NCBI GenBank assembly: GCA_037189525.1
Contig: JBBCJC010000002.1
Span: 864,001-928,000, forward strand
Reading direction: 5' to 3'
Length of the DNA stretch: 64,000 nt
Source: Gemmatimonadales bacterium
GTDB taxonomy: Bacteria > Gemmatimonadota > Gemmatimonadetes > Gemmatimonadales > GWC2-71-9
Part shown: positions 1 to 10,279 of the stretch, piece by piece
Layout of the letters: each line of letters begins with the position of its first letter
How positions within the stretch are numbered: the stretch's first letter is position 1
Notes under the pieces: model-generated
Database searches by the model: none
The model's input: the letters and a program-made list of their open reading frames with translations, nothing else
Told to the model about the DNA's origin: nothing
Program-made: the position numbers and the translations under genes

Positions 1-326
1 TCCAGCGCGCGCACCGAGATTTCCCGGAACGTGGTGGCCGTCGGAACCGTGAGGCTCTCGTTCATATTGGCCACGAGCCGGGCGGCCGGGCCTTTGATGA
101 GCTGGGCGTTGGTTGGGGCGGCGGACGCTGCCTGGGCGGCGACCGGCGGCTTGTCGCCGTTGGTTGCACGGGCGGGCGGCCTTTCGCCCACCCGCCCGTT
201 CTCGAACAGGACCCGCCATTCCGGAGCGACGGCGCCCGGGTCCTTCAGATACTCTTCGTAAATCGCCTGCGCAAAGCCGGCGTTTGCTGTCTCGAATACG
301 TTCGGGTCGATGAACCGTTCGGCCAT
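1..326 (-). CDS. sucA: Multifunctional 2-oxoglutarate dehydrogenase E1 / Kgd-type enzyme, 5' part only (runs off window start)
   Basis: Manual translation from ATG at 326: MAERFIDPNVFETANAGFAQAIYEEYLKDPGAVAPEWRVLFE (E1o N-terminal helix), a linker, then IKGPAARLVANMNESLTVPTATTFREI, which resembles the start of the E2-like domain of actinobacterial Kgd/OdhA. Confidence 0.85.
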   Translation of the reverse strand, partial: MAERFIDPNVFETANAGFAQAIYEEYLKDPGAVAPEWRVLFENGRVGERPPARATNGDKPPVAAQAASAAPTNAQLIKGPAARLVANMNESLTVPTATTFREISVRAL

Positions 327-534
327 GTCAATCGTCTCTAAGGTCCTGCGGCGGGGGCCGGGAACTCGCCGGCGCGCGCACCGCGAAGTAATGCTTTCCG
401 GCTTCCCCCACCCTACAGGGTGCGCTTTCTCTCGCCATGATAATAAGCGGGGTCGGGGCAGAATGAGGTGCGCCGGGCTCCCGTTTCCGGAGTGGGCGGG
501 CCGAGGGGGACAGGGGCAGTGGTACGAGGGAGGT

Positions 535-569
535 GCCGGAGGGGCGAGCGTGGTCTGACCCCCTCCGGC
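535..569. terminator. GC-rich hairpin downstream of the MCP gene
   Basis: GCCGGAGGGG (535-544) pairs with CCCCTCCGGC (560-569); no clear U tract. Confidence 0.4.
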
Positions 570-600
570 CCCCTTCCGGGCCCCGGCGCCAGCGGGTGGA

Positions 601-1518
601 TCAGGCCTCCCGCTGGCCGCCGATCCGTTCGGAGACGAGCGCCGTGTTCCGCGACACGTCGGTGATCCGCGCGCTGATCTCCGCCGTCGCGTAGGTCTGC
701 TCCCGGGTGGCGAGCTCGATGGCGTCGGCGTTCTTGTGGGCCTGCGTGATCGAGGTCTTGATCTCGTCCAGTAGCGTGACGACGCCGTCGACGCTGCTCA
801 CCATGCGCTCGAGCTCGCGCGTGATCTCCTCCGACGCGCCCGCCGTGTTCCGCGAGAGATCTTTGACCTCCGTGGCCACCACGGCGAACCCTTTGCCGTG
901 GTCGCCGGCCCGAGCCGCTTCGATCGTCGCGTTGAGCGCCAGCAGGTTGGTCTGCCCGGCCACCCGGTGGATCAGCGAGACGATGCCGCGGATGGTGCGC
1001 TCCGCCTCGCGCAGCGTCGCCGCGGCCGATACCGCCGCCGTAGCCTGTTCGACCACGGCCTCGGTCATCGCCACCGCCTGGCCCGCCTGCCGCGAGATCT
1101 CGGCGCCGCTGGCCCGAAGCTCCTCGCAGGCCGCGGCGACCGTTGTGACGGCCTCTGCGTTCTCGACCGCGAGCCGGCCCGCGAACTGGACCTGTTCGCG
1201 TGCATCGCGCATCGATATGGCGGCGCGGTTGATGATCGCGGCGCCTTGCCGGTAGGCGCCATGGAGCCCGCGCTCCAGGATCGGCCGGTGGAAGCGGCCC
1301 TGGGCGCAGCTGTCCATCGCGGCCGATGCCTCCCGCACGAACGCATCGGCAACGTCGAGTACCCGGTTGACGGCGTGACAGACCGGCGCGAGTTCGTCCT
1401 CCTCGTCGATCCCGACGATCCGGGCCTCCAGGTCGCCATCGGCGGCGCGCAGGCAGATGTCGGTGATGGCGGCGAGATCCGTGGCGGTGGTTCCTCCGAT
1501 CGGCATGGTCGCGGTCAT
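601..1518 (-). CDS. Soluble methyl-accepting chemotaxis protein (HAMP-like region plus MCP signalling domain)
   Basis: Hairpin-tip motif [35 protein letters not shown]-terminal GDLEARI HAMP-like segment; no transmembrane helix. Confidence 0.92.
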   Translation of the reverse strand: MTATMPIGGTTATDLAAITDICLRAADGDLEARIVGIDEEDELAPVCHAVNRVLDVADAFVREASAAMDSCAQGRFHRPILERGLHGAYRQGAAIINRAAISMRDAREQVQFAGRLAVENAEAVTTVAAACEELRASGAEISRQAGQAVAMTEAVVEQATAAVSAAATLREAERTIRGIVSLIHRVAGQTNLLALNATIEAARAGDHGKGFAVVATEVKDLSRNTAGASEEITRELERMVSSVDGVVTLLDEIKTSITQAHKNADAIELATREQTYATAEISARITDVSRNTALVSERIGGQREA

Positions 1519-2072
1519 GCGGCCTCCGCAGCGAGCGCCGTCGACGCCGACAGGCCGAAGACGAACCGTTCATAATCCACGCCTTGCGTGGCAAGCAGCT
1601 GCGTCAGGAGCGCGCTGGACGCCTGGAGCCCCGCCGTCCGATCCGCATGCCGCCTTTCTTCGGCCAGCAGCTGCGCATAGAGCGGACGCACGCGCGCCAG
1701 CGCATCGGCGTGGGGCGTCCGGCGATTGGAGTGGTAGCCGATGTGCGCACCGGATCGGTCGTAGCTCGGCGTAACGTGCGCAAAGACCCAGTATTCGTCG
1801 CCCCTCTTACAGAGATTGAGCACATAGGCGAAGATCTCGCGCCGGCTCTCGATCGTGTTCCAAAAGAGCTTGTAGATGCACCGCGGCATTGCCGGATGGC
1901 GCATGATGCTGTGACGCGCGCCGATCAGCTCCGCCTCGGTGTAGCCGGATACTCGCACGAATACGTCGTTGGCGTAGGTGATCCGACTCTTGAGGTCGGT
2001 CTTACTGACGATGATCTCGTCTTCGCCGAACTGAATGGTTCGTCCCGTGGGAATAGCGACTCGCTCGCTCAT
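1515..2072 (-). CDS. Stand-alone Aer-type PAS domain protein (probable FAD sensor)
   Basis: [46 protein letters not shown] matches Aer/CetB PAS; ATGA overlap with the MCP gene. Confidence 0.9.
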   Translation of the reverse strand: MSERVAIPTGRTIQFGEDEIIVSKTDLKSRITYANDVFVRVSGYTEAELIGARHSIMRHPAMPRCIYKLFWNTIESRREIFAYVLNLCKRGDEYWVFAHVTPSYDRSGAHIGYHSNRRTPHADALARVRPLYAQLLAEERRHADRTAGLQASSALLTQLLATQGVDYERFVFGLSASTALAAEAA

Positions 2073-2319
2073 GATTTGAAGGTCCTCGTAAAACGGTCAT
2101 TCTTGCCGCATGCTCATCCCGAGCAAAATGATCGGTGCTCGGGTTACAGCGTTACGCGTGGCCGCGTCGCTGCGCACGAAGGACGCTGTGCTGAGCGGAT
2201 GTGGCCGTGAGACGAGGAGGGACGTTCGCAAATGCGGTGCCAGGAAGCAGGCTCGCGCCGAGACCAATTCCGACTGCTCAGGTCTCAGCACATCCTGGTT
2301 AGTAATGCGTAGCTACCGA

Positions 2320-2967
2320 TCAACTCCCATCGGTGCGATCGGCGTTCAGCTCCCGCATCCGAGCGGCGAGTGCCGGGTCGATGCCCTGGTCGAGCCGGTC
2401 GATGGCGGCGCGGGTGTCCGGCAGAGGTTCGTCCTGGCCCATCTTGAACTTGATGTCGAGGCGCTCGATCGGCAGCCGGAAGCCGAGCAGGCGGGGAAGC
2501 CGGGATGCCATCCCGCCGGGGCCGACTTCTTTGAGATGCCAACGGTCGTCCCGGCCGGCTTCGAGACGCTCGACCACTTCGTCGATATGATGGACCGTGG
2601 TGGCCTGATCGAGCAACTCGGGGCGTCCATGGCAATGGACCGTGGCAGAGTTCCAGGTCGGCGCGTTATCGCGGCGCCCGTGCGGCCGTCTGGGATACCA
2701 CGACGAGGAGATGTAGCCGTGCTCCGCGATGAAAATCGCCACCGTCGGGAGCCCCTGCCGGATCAGCTCGGCGTGTTCGTTGGCGGTGGCCAGGTGGGAT
2801 TCGAGTGCGCCGTGGTCGCCCTGATCCGGCTTGCCGATGAACACCAGATGCGACACCACGAGCCCGGCCGGCCCGGCGGTGACGAGCGTTCCAAAGACCT
2901 GGCGATCGATCAGGTCGAACGCCGCGGCCGAGGGGTTGTCGGGGATGAACTCGGGTCGGTTATACAT
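2320..2967 (-). CDS. PaiB-family FMN-binding split-barrel protein
   Basis: MY.P.F start, LESHLATANEH, HGYISSSWY, APTWN..VH..G, KFKMGQ. Confidence 0.88.
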   Translation of the reverse strand: MYNRPEFIPDNPSAAAFDLIDRQVFGTLVTAGPAGLVVSHLVFIGKPDQGDHGALESHLATANEHAELIRQGLPTVAIFIAEHGYISSSWYPRRPHGRRDNAPTWNSATVHCHGRPELLDQATTVHHIDEVVERLEAGRDDRWHLKEVGPGGMASRLPRLLGFRLPIERLDIKFKMGQDEPLPDTRAAIDRLDQGIDPALAARMRELNADRTDGS

Positions 2968-3970
2968 CGGGGTCCAATGCCTTGCTTGGTTGAGAGCTGT
3001 CCTGAGGCCCGAGAATCCGGCTGAGCCAGGCGGCCGTGTCCCGATAAGCGCGATCGCTCACCGCGGCAATCGAGACGGCCTCCAGAAAACTATGCATGGT
3101 CGCCGGGTAAATCGTGGCGGTCGTGTCGACGCCCGCGGATGCGAGTGCCGATGCGAGCGCCACATTCTCGTCGGTCAGCGGGTCCAGTTCGGTGATGGTG
3201 AGCCAGGCGGGCGGCAGCCCGGTCAGGTCGGCCCGGAGCGGGCGGGCCCGTGGGTCGGTCACCGGCAGATCGCCCAGATACTGGCGCCAGAACCCCGCCA
3301 CCTCGGCCGCCTCCAGGGTGAACCCGCCCTGCCCGTAGCGGTGGTAGGACCCGCGCTCGAAGTCGTCGTCGATCGCCCCGTAGTTGAGCACCATGCCCTG
3401 CACTTGCGGGATCCCGCGCTCGCGGAGGGTCAGGCAGGTCCCGAGGGCAATGTGAGCGCCGGCCGAGTCGCCTGCCAGCACGATGCGCGCGGGGTCGAGA
3501 CCCAGGGACGGGCCCTGCCGGCGGATCCAGTCGATCACCGCGACGGTTTCCTCGACCGGCCGGGGAAATCGGTGCTCCGGCGCTAGCGAATATTCGACCC
3601 CGATGACTGCGATGCCGGCCCGGGCGGCGTATTCGCGCATGACCCGGTCGTGGGTCCGGGTGCTGAAGATGGTCCACCCGCCGCCGTGCAGATACACCAT
3701 GACCGGGAGTCCTTGGGCGCCGGAGGGCCGCAGGATCCGAATCGGAATGGCTCCCTCCGGACCCGCGACGGTCTGGTCCAGCGTGGTCGCCATGACCGGG
3801 CCGCCGACCGTCCAGGGCGCCCGGACCCGTTCCGCGATCCGGCGCTGCACTGTCGGCTCGACCGTCTCGAGCGGCGGATGACTCGCCCAGGCGGCGGCGA
3901 GCGCGGTGACGAACGGCCGGAGTTCGGGGTCGATCAGCTCGGGCGAGGCCCGGTCGTCGGTCGGGCTCAC
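2960..3970 (-). CDS. Alpha/beta hydrolase, HSL/GDXG esterase family
   Basis: YLHGGGW, EYSLAPEHRFP, GDSAG nucleophile, DPL and HSF. Real start is GTG at 3970 (GTGA overlap with the glpD stop); the upstream part of the 729-aa ORF is an off-frame shadow of glpD. Confidence 0.9.
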   Translation of the reverse strand: MSPTDDRASPELIDPELRPFVTALAAAWASHPPLETVEPTVQRRIAERVRAPWTVGGPVMATTLDQTVAGPEGAIPIRILRPSGAQGLPVMVYLHGGGWTIFSTRTHDRVMREYAARAGIAVIGVEYSLAPEHRFPRPVEETVAVIDWIRRQGPSLGLDPARIVLAGDSAGAHIALGTCLTLRERGIPQVQGMVLNYGAIDDDFERGSYHRYGQGGFTLEAAEVAGFWRQYLGDLPVTDPRARPLRADLTGLPPAWLTITELDPLTDENVALASALASAGVDTTATIYPATMHSFLEAVSIAAVSDRAYRDTAAWLSRILGPQDSSQPSKALDPDV

Positions 3971-5640
3971 GATGGCTCCGGATCGGAAGAGAACTGGCCT
4001 CCGTGGGCTGTTCCGCGGGGAATCGCCTGCGCCAGATGGAAGTAGCGATCGATTTCCTCCCGCCGGCGTGCCTCGTCCCAGCCCAGTTCGCGCCCCATCA
4101 GAAGAGCGACCGGCTCGGCGGCCGCGGCGCCGGCGTCGGGCGTCTCCGACCCGATCGACAGCCGCCGGAACAGCACATCGTCGAGGCGGCGGGCAAACTC
4201 GCTCCGGACAGCGTGGACGACCTGAGCCCCGATTGCGCCGTGGGGCGGGTGGACCGGGGTGGCCAGGTCGGGGCGTTCCCGGACCAGTTCGTAGATGGCG
4301 GGCGTCTCCGATCCGTATTGGCCGATCAGGTGTGCCACGGTCGAGTCCGCGAGCCCGAGAGAGGCGCCCTCGGCCCGCAGTGTTTCGGCGCGGTAGGGGT
4401 CGCCGCCCGGCAGGGGTTCCTTGGCGCTCCGCGTCTTCATCGGATCGGTCGAGACGATCCTGCCGGCGCCGAGTCGGGGCCCGATCGTCTCGAGCAGATC
4501 GATGGCCATCCGGCGGTAGGTGGTGAGCTTGCCGCCGGCAATCGTGACCATCCCTCTGGGGCCGGTTTCGATCAGATGCTCCCGGGATCGAGACGAAGGA
4601 GACGACCGGTCTGATCGGATCAGCGGGCGCAATCCGGCCCAAGAAAGGGAGATGTCTTCGGGGCCGAGCCGTGCACCGGGAAAGATGGCATTGGCCGATC
4701 GCAGCAGGTACAGCATATCCGCTTCGTTGGCGACGGTATCGTCCGGGTGCTCGGGCGCGTCGGTGTCCGTCGTGCCGATGTAGGAACGGTCTCCCCAGGG
4801 GAGGACGAACATCACCCGTCCGTCGACCGGGCTCAGGAAGGTGATGGCGTGATGGTGGCCGATCCGCGACCGGGGAACCATCACATGGGCCCCGCGGCTG
4901 GGCCGGAGCAGCGCGACCTGGTTCGGGTCCTCCAACTGGCGGAGGTGATCGGCCCAGGGGCCGGTGGCGTTGACCACCACCGTGGCGCGGACGGTACCCT
5001 GGGCGCCGGTCAGCTGGTCCTCGATCACGGCGCCGACGACCCGTCCCTCCTCGAACTCCAGCGCGGTGACACAGGTGTAGTTGGCCACCAGCGCCCCATG
5101 CTGGGCCGCCGACTGCAGAGTGGCGAGGGTCAGGCGCGCATCGTCGCACTGGGCGTCCCAGTAGAAGGCGCCTCCCCGGAGTCCCCGTTCCCGCAACAGC
5201 GGCTCCTGATCGAGCACCGCTCGCTTGCTCAAGGCCCGATGCCGTCGCACATTTCCGCCCAGCGCCAGGAGATCATAGACAGTCAGGCCGAGCTCGAGCT
5301 TCCATCGCGGCACCCGGTCGGTGTCGAAATTGGGGAACAGGAAGCCCAGGGGTCGGACCAGGTGGGGGGCGATCCGGAGCAGGACCGCCCGTTCGGTGAG
5401 CGACTCTCGAACGAGGGACCACTGCCGGTGCTCGAGGTACCGCAGGCCGCCGTGGATCAGGCGGCTCGATCGGGAGCTCGTCCCGGCGGCAATGTCGCCC
5501 CGTTCGACCACAGCCACCGACAGCCCGCGAAGCGCGGCCTCGCGAGCAATGCCGGCGCCCGTCGCGCCGCCGCCTACGACCAGCAGGTCGAACCGGCGAG
5601 CCGAGAGATCCCAGATCGTTGCACGAGCGGAAGGGTTCAT
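3967..5640 (-). CDS. glpD: FAD-dependent glycerol-3-phosphate dehydrogenase/oxidase
   Basis: DLLVVGGGATGAG, GTSSRSSRLIHGGLRYLE, NATGPWAD, IGTTD, WAGLRPL, GGKLTTYRRMA. Confidence 0.95.
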   Translation of the reverse strand: MNPSARATIWDLSARRFDLLVVGGGATGAGIAREAALRGLSVAVVERGDIAAGTSSRSSRLIHGGLRYLEHRQWSLVRESLTERAVLLRIAPHLVRPLGFLFPNFDTDRVPRWKLELGLTVYDLLALGGNVRRHRALSKRAVLDQEPLLRERGLRGGAFYWDAQCDDARLTLATLQSAAQHGALVANYTCVTALEFEEGRVVGAVIEDQLTGAQGTVRATVVVNATGPWADHLRQLEDPNQVALLRPSRGAHVMVPRSRIGHHHAITFLSPVDGRVMFVLPWGDRSYIGTTDTDAPEHPDDTVANEADMLYLLRSANAIFPGARLGPEDISLSWAGLRPLIRSDRSSPSSRSREHLIETGPRGMVTIAGGKLTTYRRMAIDLLETIGPRLGAGRIVSTDPMKTRSAKEPLPGGDPYRAETLRAEGASLGLADSTVAHLIGQYGSETPAIYELVRERPDLATPVHPPHGAIGAQVVHAVRSEFARRLDDVLFRRLSIGSETPDAGAAAAEPVALLMGRELGWDEARRREEIDRYFHLAQAIPRGTAHGGQFSSDPEPS

Positions 5641-5667
5641 CCTCTGTCCATCGACTCAAGCACCTCC

Positions 5668-6204
5668 ATGCTCAGCTTCGAGCAGCGTCCGAGCTACTGG
5701 TTTACGGCTAACGCCGAGCTGTTTCGGCCGGGCGTCCGTGTCCTGGACTTTGCCGCCGGCCGCGGTCGCCATGCCCTGGCCGCCGCCGCCCTCGGCGCCA
5801 CCGTGGTGGCGGTCGACCGCGATGCGGGCCGGCTGGCGGAAGGCCGGGCCGAATCGGAGCGGCGGAAGCTGATCGTCGAGTGGGTGCAGGCGGACCTCGA
5901 AGCGCCCTGGCCCGAACTCGGTGAATTCGACGTCATCCTGATCTTCAATTATCTCGATCGGCTTCGCATGCCTGCCGTGGCGCAGTTGCTCAAGCCCGGC
6001 GGGCATCTCCTGTTCGAGACCTTCCTCGAGGTGCAGCGGCAGCTTGGCTGGGGGCCGACCAGTGAAGCCCACCTGCTCAAGCATGGCGAAGCCGCGACGC
6101 TCATTGCCCCGCTCTTACTGGTGCACGGGCGTGAAGTCTTCGAACCGGCGGACAACGCGCAGTGGGCCGCGGTGTCCAGTATCCTCGCCCAGCGAGCAAA
6201 GTAA
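5668..6204 (+). CDS. Class I SAM-dependent methyltransferase (TehB/Methyltransf_25-like)
   Basis: VLDFAAGRGRH motif I, AVDRD, FDVILIFNYL, LKPGG; ATG at 5668. Confidence 0.85.
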   Translation: MLSFEQRPSYWFTANAELFRPGVRVLDFAAGRGRHALAAAALGATVVAVDRDAGRLAEGRAESERRKLIVEWVQADLEAPWPELGEFDVILIFNYLDRLRMPAVAQLLKPGGHLLFETFLEVQRQLGWGPTSEAHLLKHGEAATLIAPLLLVHGREVFEPADNAQWAAVSSILAQRAK

Positions 6205-6207
6205 ACG

Positions 6208-7491
6208 ATGGCGGCGCGCGAGGCGGTTATCGTCACCGGGGTCAGGACCCCCTTTGCCCGCGCCGGCACGCAGCTTCGAGACGTGAGCGGGGTGGCGATG
6301 GCCCGCCACGCGGCCCGCGAACTGATCTACCGGAGCGGCCTGGATGGCCGCGAGGTGGATGAGGTGATCTTCGGCCAGGTCGTGCCCAGCGTGCTGGCGC
6401 CTAACGTCGCGCGCGAAGTGAGTCTGCTGCCGCAGCTGCCCCGAACCATCCCCGCCTATACGCTCAACCGGGCCTGCGCATCGTCGGCCCAGGCCATTGC
6501 GTCGGCCCGCGACCAGATCGTGTTTGGTCACGCGGACACCATCATCGCCGGCGGTGTCGAGTCGCTCTCGGACGTTCCGATTCTCCATTCGAAGCGGATG
6601 AGCCGCCTCCTGGTCGAAGCCAGCAAGGCCAAGACCCTGGGAGCCCGGCTCGGCGTCTTTGCCAAGCTGCGCCCGCGCGACCTGGTACCGGTCACGCCCG
6701 CCATTGCGGAGCCGTCCACCGGCGAGTCGATGGGGCAGTCCGCCGAGAAAATGGCCAAGGAGAACGGAATCTCGCGGGCGGATCAGGACGCGCTGGCGTT
6801 GTTGAGCCACCAGCGGGCTGCCGCCGCCACGGCCGACGGACGGCTGACCGCCGAGATCGCGCCGTGGTTCGGGGGCAAGGGCATGGATGAAGTCATCACG
6901 AGTGACAACGGCATCCGCGCCGATACCAGCCTCGAAGCGCTTGCTGCGCTCAAGCCGGTCTTCGATCGGCGCTACGGATCGGTCACCGCGGGCAACGCAT
7001 CGCCGCTGACCGACGGCGCTTCCGCCGTCCTGGTGATGGAACGGGCCAAGGCGCTGGCTCTGGGCTACCGCTCGCTGGTTTCGATTCGAAGCTACGCGGT
7101 GGCGGCCGTCGATCCCGGCTGGCAGCTGCTGATGGGCCCCCTCTATGCGGTCCCCACGGCGCTCGATCGGGCGGGACTCTCGCTGGCGGACATGGGACTC
7201 GTCGAAATCCACGAGGCGTTTGCCGCGCAGGTGCTGTCCAACGTGCGCGCCTGGGGCTCGAAGACCTGGGCCGAGCAGATTGGGCGGTCGGCGCCGGTCG
7301 GCGAGATCGACTGGGATCGGACCAACGTGATGGGCGGCTCGATTGCCATCGGCCATCCCTTCGGAGCAACAGGAGCCCGGATTGCCACCTCCCTGGCCAA
7401 CGAGATGGTCCGGCGCGACGTCCAGTTCGGGTTGATCTCGATCTGTGCGCAGGGCGGGATGGGGTTTGCCATGGTGCTGGAGCGGAGGTAG
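6208..7491 (+). CDS. fadI: Acetyl-CoA C-acyltransferase (3-ketoacyl-CoA thiolase)
   Basis: GVRTPF, NRACASS catalytic Cys, HEAFAAQ, GGSIAIGHPFGATG, CAQGG; adjacent to fadJ. Confidence 0.92.
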   Translation: MAAREAVIVTGVRTPFARAGTQLRDVSGVAMARHAARELIYRSGLDGREVDEVIFGQVVPSVLAPNVAREVSLLPQLPRTIPAYTLNRACASSAQAIASARDQIVFGHADTIIAGGVESLSDVPILHSKRMSRLLVEASKAKTLGARLGVFAKLRPRDLVPVTPAIAEPSTGESMGQSAEKMAKENGISRADQDALALLSHQRAAAATADGRLTAEIAPWFGGKGMDEVITSDNGIRADTSLEALAALKPVFDRRYGSVTAGNASPLTDGASAVLVMERAKALALGYRSLVSIRSYAVAAVDPGWQLLMGPLYAVPTALDRAGLSLADMGLVEIHEAFAAQVLSNVRAWGSKTWAEQIGRSAPVGEIDWDRTNVMGGSIAIGHPFGATGARIATSLANEMVRRDVQFGLISICAQGGMGFAMVLERR

Positions 7492-7493
7492 CG

Positions 7494-9629
7494 ATGCCGA
7501 TACTCACCACCAGCATGGCAGCGCACGGCGTCGCGGTGGTGACGTTCGACGTGCCCGGCGAGCCGGTCAACACCTTCAACCTCTCGCACACCGACGAGCT
7601 CTGGGGCGCGCTCGAACGACTCGGCGAGGATGCCTCCGTTCGCGCCGTCGTGCTCCGGTCCGGCAAGCCCGACAGCTTCATTGCCGGTGCGGACATCAAT
7701 CAGTTCGTCGCCTTCACCTCCGCCGCCGATGCGGAGGCCGCCAGCCGGGCAGGGCATGCGTTCCTGGACAAGGTGGAGCGCTTTCCCAAACCGATCGTCA
7801 CCGCGATTCATGGTACCTGCCTCGGGCTCGGGCTCGAACTGGCGCTGGCCACCAGTTATCGCATCGCCACCGATCATCCCAAGACTCAGCTCGGCCTGCC
7901 GGAAGTCCAACTGGGCATTCTGCCTGGCAGCGGCGGATCGAATCGCCTGCCGAAATTGATCGGGGTCCGCGCCGCGCTGGACATCATTCTGGCGGGCAAG
8001 AGCGAGCGGGCGGCCAAGGCGCTCCGGCTGGGTCTGATCGACGAACTCGTCCCCGAGAGCATCCTGCTCGACACCGCGGTGGCTGCGGCCGACCGCCTGG
8101 CGCGCGGAGTCCGGCCCAAGCGGGTGCCCGGCGGGAAAGGCCTCGCGGCCGCATTCCTGGACCGGACCAGCCTGGGGCGACGGCTGGTCTATCGGGCCGC
8201 GCGGAAACAGGTGCTGTCCAAAACCGGAGGGCACTATCCGGCACCGCTCGCTGCGCTCGAGGTGGTTCGCGCCGCGGTGGAGCAGGGACCGGCCGTCGGG
8301 TATCCGCTCGAGGCGCGGGAGTTCGGGCGGCTCGCGGTGACACCCGTGTCGCGGGAGTTGGTGCGCATCTTCTTTGCGACGACCGCGCTCAAGAAGGACG
8401 ACGGCGTCCCGCCCGGGACTGCGACGCCGCGCGAGGTCCGCCGGCTGGGTGTGATCGGATCCGGCTTCATGGGCGCCGGGATTGCCGGAACGACCATTAC
8501 GACCGCTAAGGTCGACGTCCGGCTCAAGGACGCCGACCTTTCCCGGGTCGGGAAGGGAATCAACGCGGCTCTCGGGATCCCGCGCCGCCAGCTCGAACGC
8601 AAGCGGATTACCCGGTACGAGTTCGAGCGGCTCGCGGCGCTCGTCTCGGGTGGTATCGACAATCGCGGCCTCGAGCGGTGCGATCTGGTAATCGAGGCCG
8701 TGTTCGAAGATCTGGAAGTCAAACGAGCGGTCCTGGCCGATCTCGAACCGGTGCTGCCGGACCACGCCATCTTCGCCAGCAATACCTCGACCATTCCGAT
8801 CGCGCGCATTGCGGAGCAAGCGATGCGTCCCGAGAACGTACTGGGCATGCATTTCTTCTCGCCGGTCGACCGGATGCCGCTGCTCGAGGTCATCCCCACC
8901 GAGCGGACCAGTCCGGATACGATTGCGACCGCGGTACGCTTCGGCAAGAAGATGGGGAAGACGGTCATCGTGGTGGCGGATACGCCCGGATTCTGGGTCA
9001 ACCGGATCCTCTCGCCCTACTTCGTCGAAGCCGGGCACCTGGTCATGGAAGGGGTGCCGGTCGAGGTGATCGATCGGATCATGGTGCGGTACGGTTTCCC
9101 CGTCGGGCCGGTCGCGCTGCTCGACGAGGTCGGCATCGATGTGGCCGCCAAGGGCGGGGTGGTGATGCGCGAGGCCTTTGGCGATCGTCTGGCGCCGGCC
9201 GCCGCGATCGGCCGGATGGTCGAGGCCAAACGGCTGGGCCGCAAGGCGGGCAAGGGATTTTACCGCTACGACGACGGCAAGAAGACCGACCCGGACAGCG
9301 AGATGTATCGGCTGCTGGGCGTTGCACCGCTCGCTTCGGTCGACGAAGAGGAAGTGCAGAAGCGGCTGGTCTACCCGCTGCTCAACGAAGCGGCGCGCGC
9401 CTTCGGGGAAGGGGTGGTGCGCTCGCCCCGTGACGGCGATATCGGCGCGATTTTCGGGATCGGCTACCCGCCGTTTCTCGGCGGGCCGCTCCGTACCATC
9501 GACGCGCTCGGCGCCGCGCAGGTCGTCGAGACGCTCGAAGGGCTGGCGTCTCGCCATGGGCCGCGCTTTGCGCCGGCGGACACGCTGGTCGAACTGGCCT
9601 TGGTCGGTGGCCGCTACTATTCCGACTGA
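7494..9629 (+). CDS. fadJ: Fatty acid oxidation complex alpha subunit (enoyl-CoA hydratase / 3-hydroxyacyl-CoA dehydrogenase)
   Basis: FIAGADI, GLPEVQLGILPG, GSGFMG, IEAVFED, SNTSTIPI, GMHFFSPV. Confidence 0.95.
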   Translation: MPILTTSMAAHGVAVVTFDVPGEPVNTFNLSHTDELWGALERLGEDASVRAVVLRSGKPDSFIAGADINQFVAFTSAADAEAASRAGHAFLDKVERFPKPIVTAIHGTCLGLGLELALATSYRIATDHPKTQLGLPEVQLGILPGSGGSNRLPKLIGVRAALDIILAGKSERAAKALRLGLIDELVPESILLDTAVAAADRLARGVRPKRVPGGKGLAAAFLDRTSLGRRLVYRAARKQVLSKTGGHYPAPLAALEVVRAAVEQGPAVGYPLEAREFGRLAVTPVSRELVRIFFATTALKKDDGVPPGTATPREVRRLGVIGSGFMGAGIAGTTITTAKVDVRLKDADLSRVGKGINAALGIPRRQLERKRITRYEFERLAALVSGGIDNRGLERCDLVIEAVFEDLEVKRAVLADLEPVLPDHAIFASNTSTIPIARIAEQAMRPENVLGMHFFSPVDRMPLLEVIPTERTSPDTIATAVRFGKKMGKTVIVVADTPGFWVNRILSPYFVEAGHLVMEGVPVEVIDRIMVRYGFPVGPVALLDEVGIDVAAKGGVVMREAFGDRLAPAAAIGRMVEAKRLGRKAGKGFYRYDDGKKTDPDSEMYRLLGVAPLASVDEEEVQKRLVYPLLNEAARAFGEGVVRSPRDGDIGAIFGIGYPPFLGGPLRTIDALGAAQVVETLEGLASRHGPRFAPADTLVELALVGGRYYSD

Positions 9630-10279
9630 GTGGCGGGGCTCGGGCCGCTCCGCCTGACGTGGTGCGCGGCGGCCTGCGATCGTCGCTGGATGCCCAGTTT
9701 TTCGAAGATGCGGTGCAGATAATTCTTCACCGTCTTGGGCGACAGGTCGAGCGCCGCCGCGATTTCGTTGTTGGTCATGCCCGCCGCCACCAGCGCCACG
9801 ATCTGCTGTTGCTTGTCGCTCAGCGGGGCGATCTCCGCCGCCGTGCCGGCCGGCACGTTCTGCATTACCCACTCGAGCATATTGCTGCGCAGCGTCGCGT
9901 CGAGCAGCCGCTCGCCGTCGGCCACCCGTTTGATCGAATCGATCAGCGACGGGACGTCGACCTCCTTGAGGAGATATCCGTGCGCACCGATCACGATCGC
10001 GGCGCGGACCAGTTCGTCGTCCGCAAAGGCGCTCAGGAAGACGACCCGGGTGGTCGGCACCAGTTCGAGGATACGCCGGCCGGCTTCGATCCCTCCCTCG
10101 TCGGGCAGACGGATATCCAGCAGCGCCACGTCCGGCTCCAGCGTCTGAGCGCGCGCAACCGCCTCGGCCGAGGTCGCGCCCATCCCGACGATCTCGATGC
10201 CAGGATCCTGCCCCAGGACCGCGGCGAGCCCGACGCGCACCACCTCGCTGTCGTCGACCAGCAGCACCCGAATCGTCAT
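9617..10279 (-). CDS. NarL/LuxR-family response regulator
   Basis: REC domain (LVDD, LLDIRLPD, GYLLK) plus LuxR HTH (GMTNNEIA..LSPKTVKNY). Confidence 0.95.
   Translation of the reverse strand: MTIRVLLVDDSEVVRVGLAAVLGQDPGIEIVGMGATSAEAVARAQTLEPDVALLDIRLPDEGGIEAGRRILELVPTTRVVFLSAFADDELVRAAIVIGAHGYLLKEVDVPSLIDSIKRVADGERLLDATLRSNMLEWVMQNVPAGTAAEIAPLSDKQQQIVALVAAGMTNNEIAAALDLSPKTVKNYLHRIFEKLGIQRRSQAAAHHVRRSGPSPATQSE

Noticed and set aside
3971..5149. Apparent long N-terminal extension of the esterase (likewise for ORFs 4747..6204, 49667..51637 and 61668..63698)
   Set aside because: Extensions overlap neighbouring real genes out of frame or antisense and look like nonsense sequence; better internal starts exist
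7143..9872. 909-aa minus-strand ORF
   Set aside because: Antisense shadow of fadI/fadJ with no motifs; typical of high-GC codon bias
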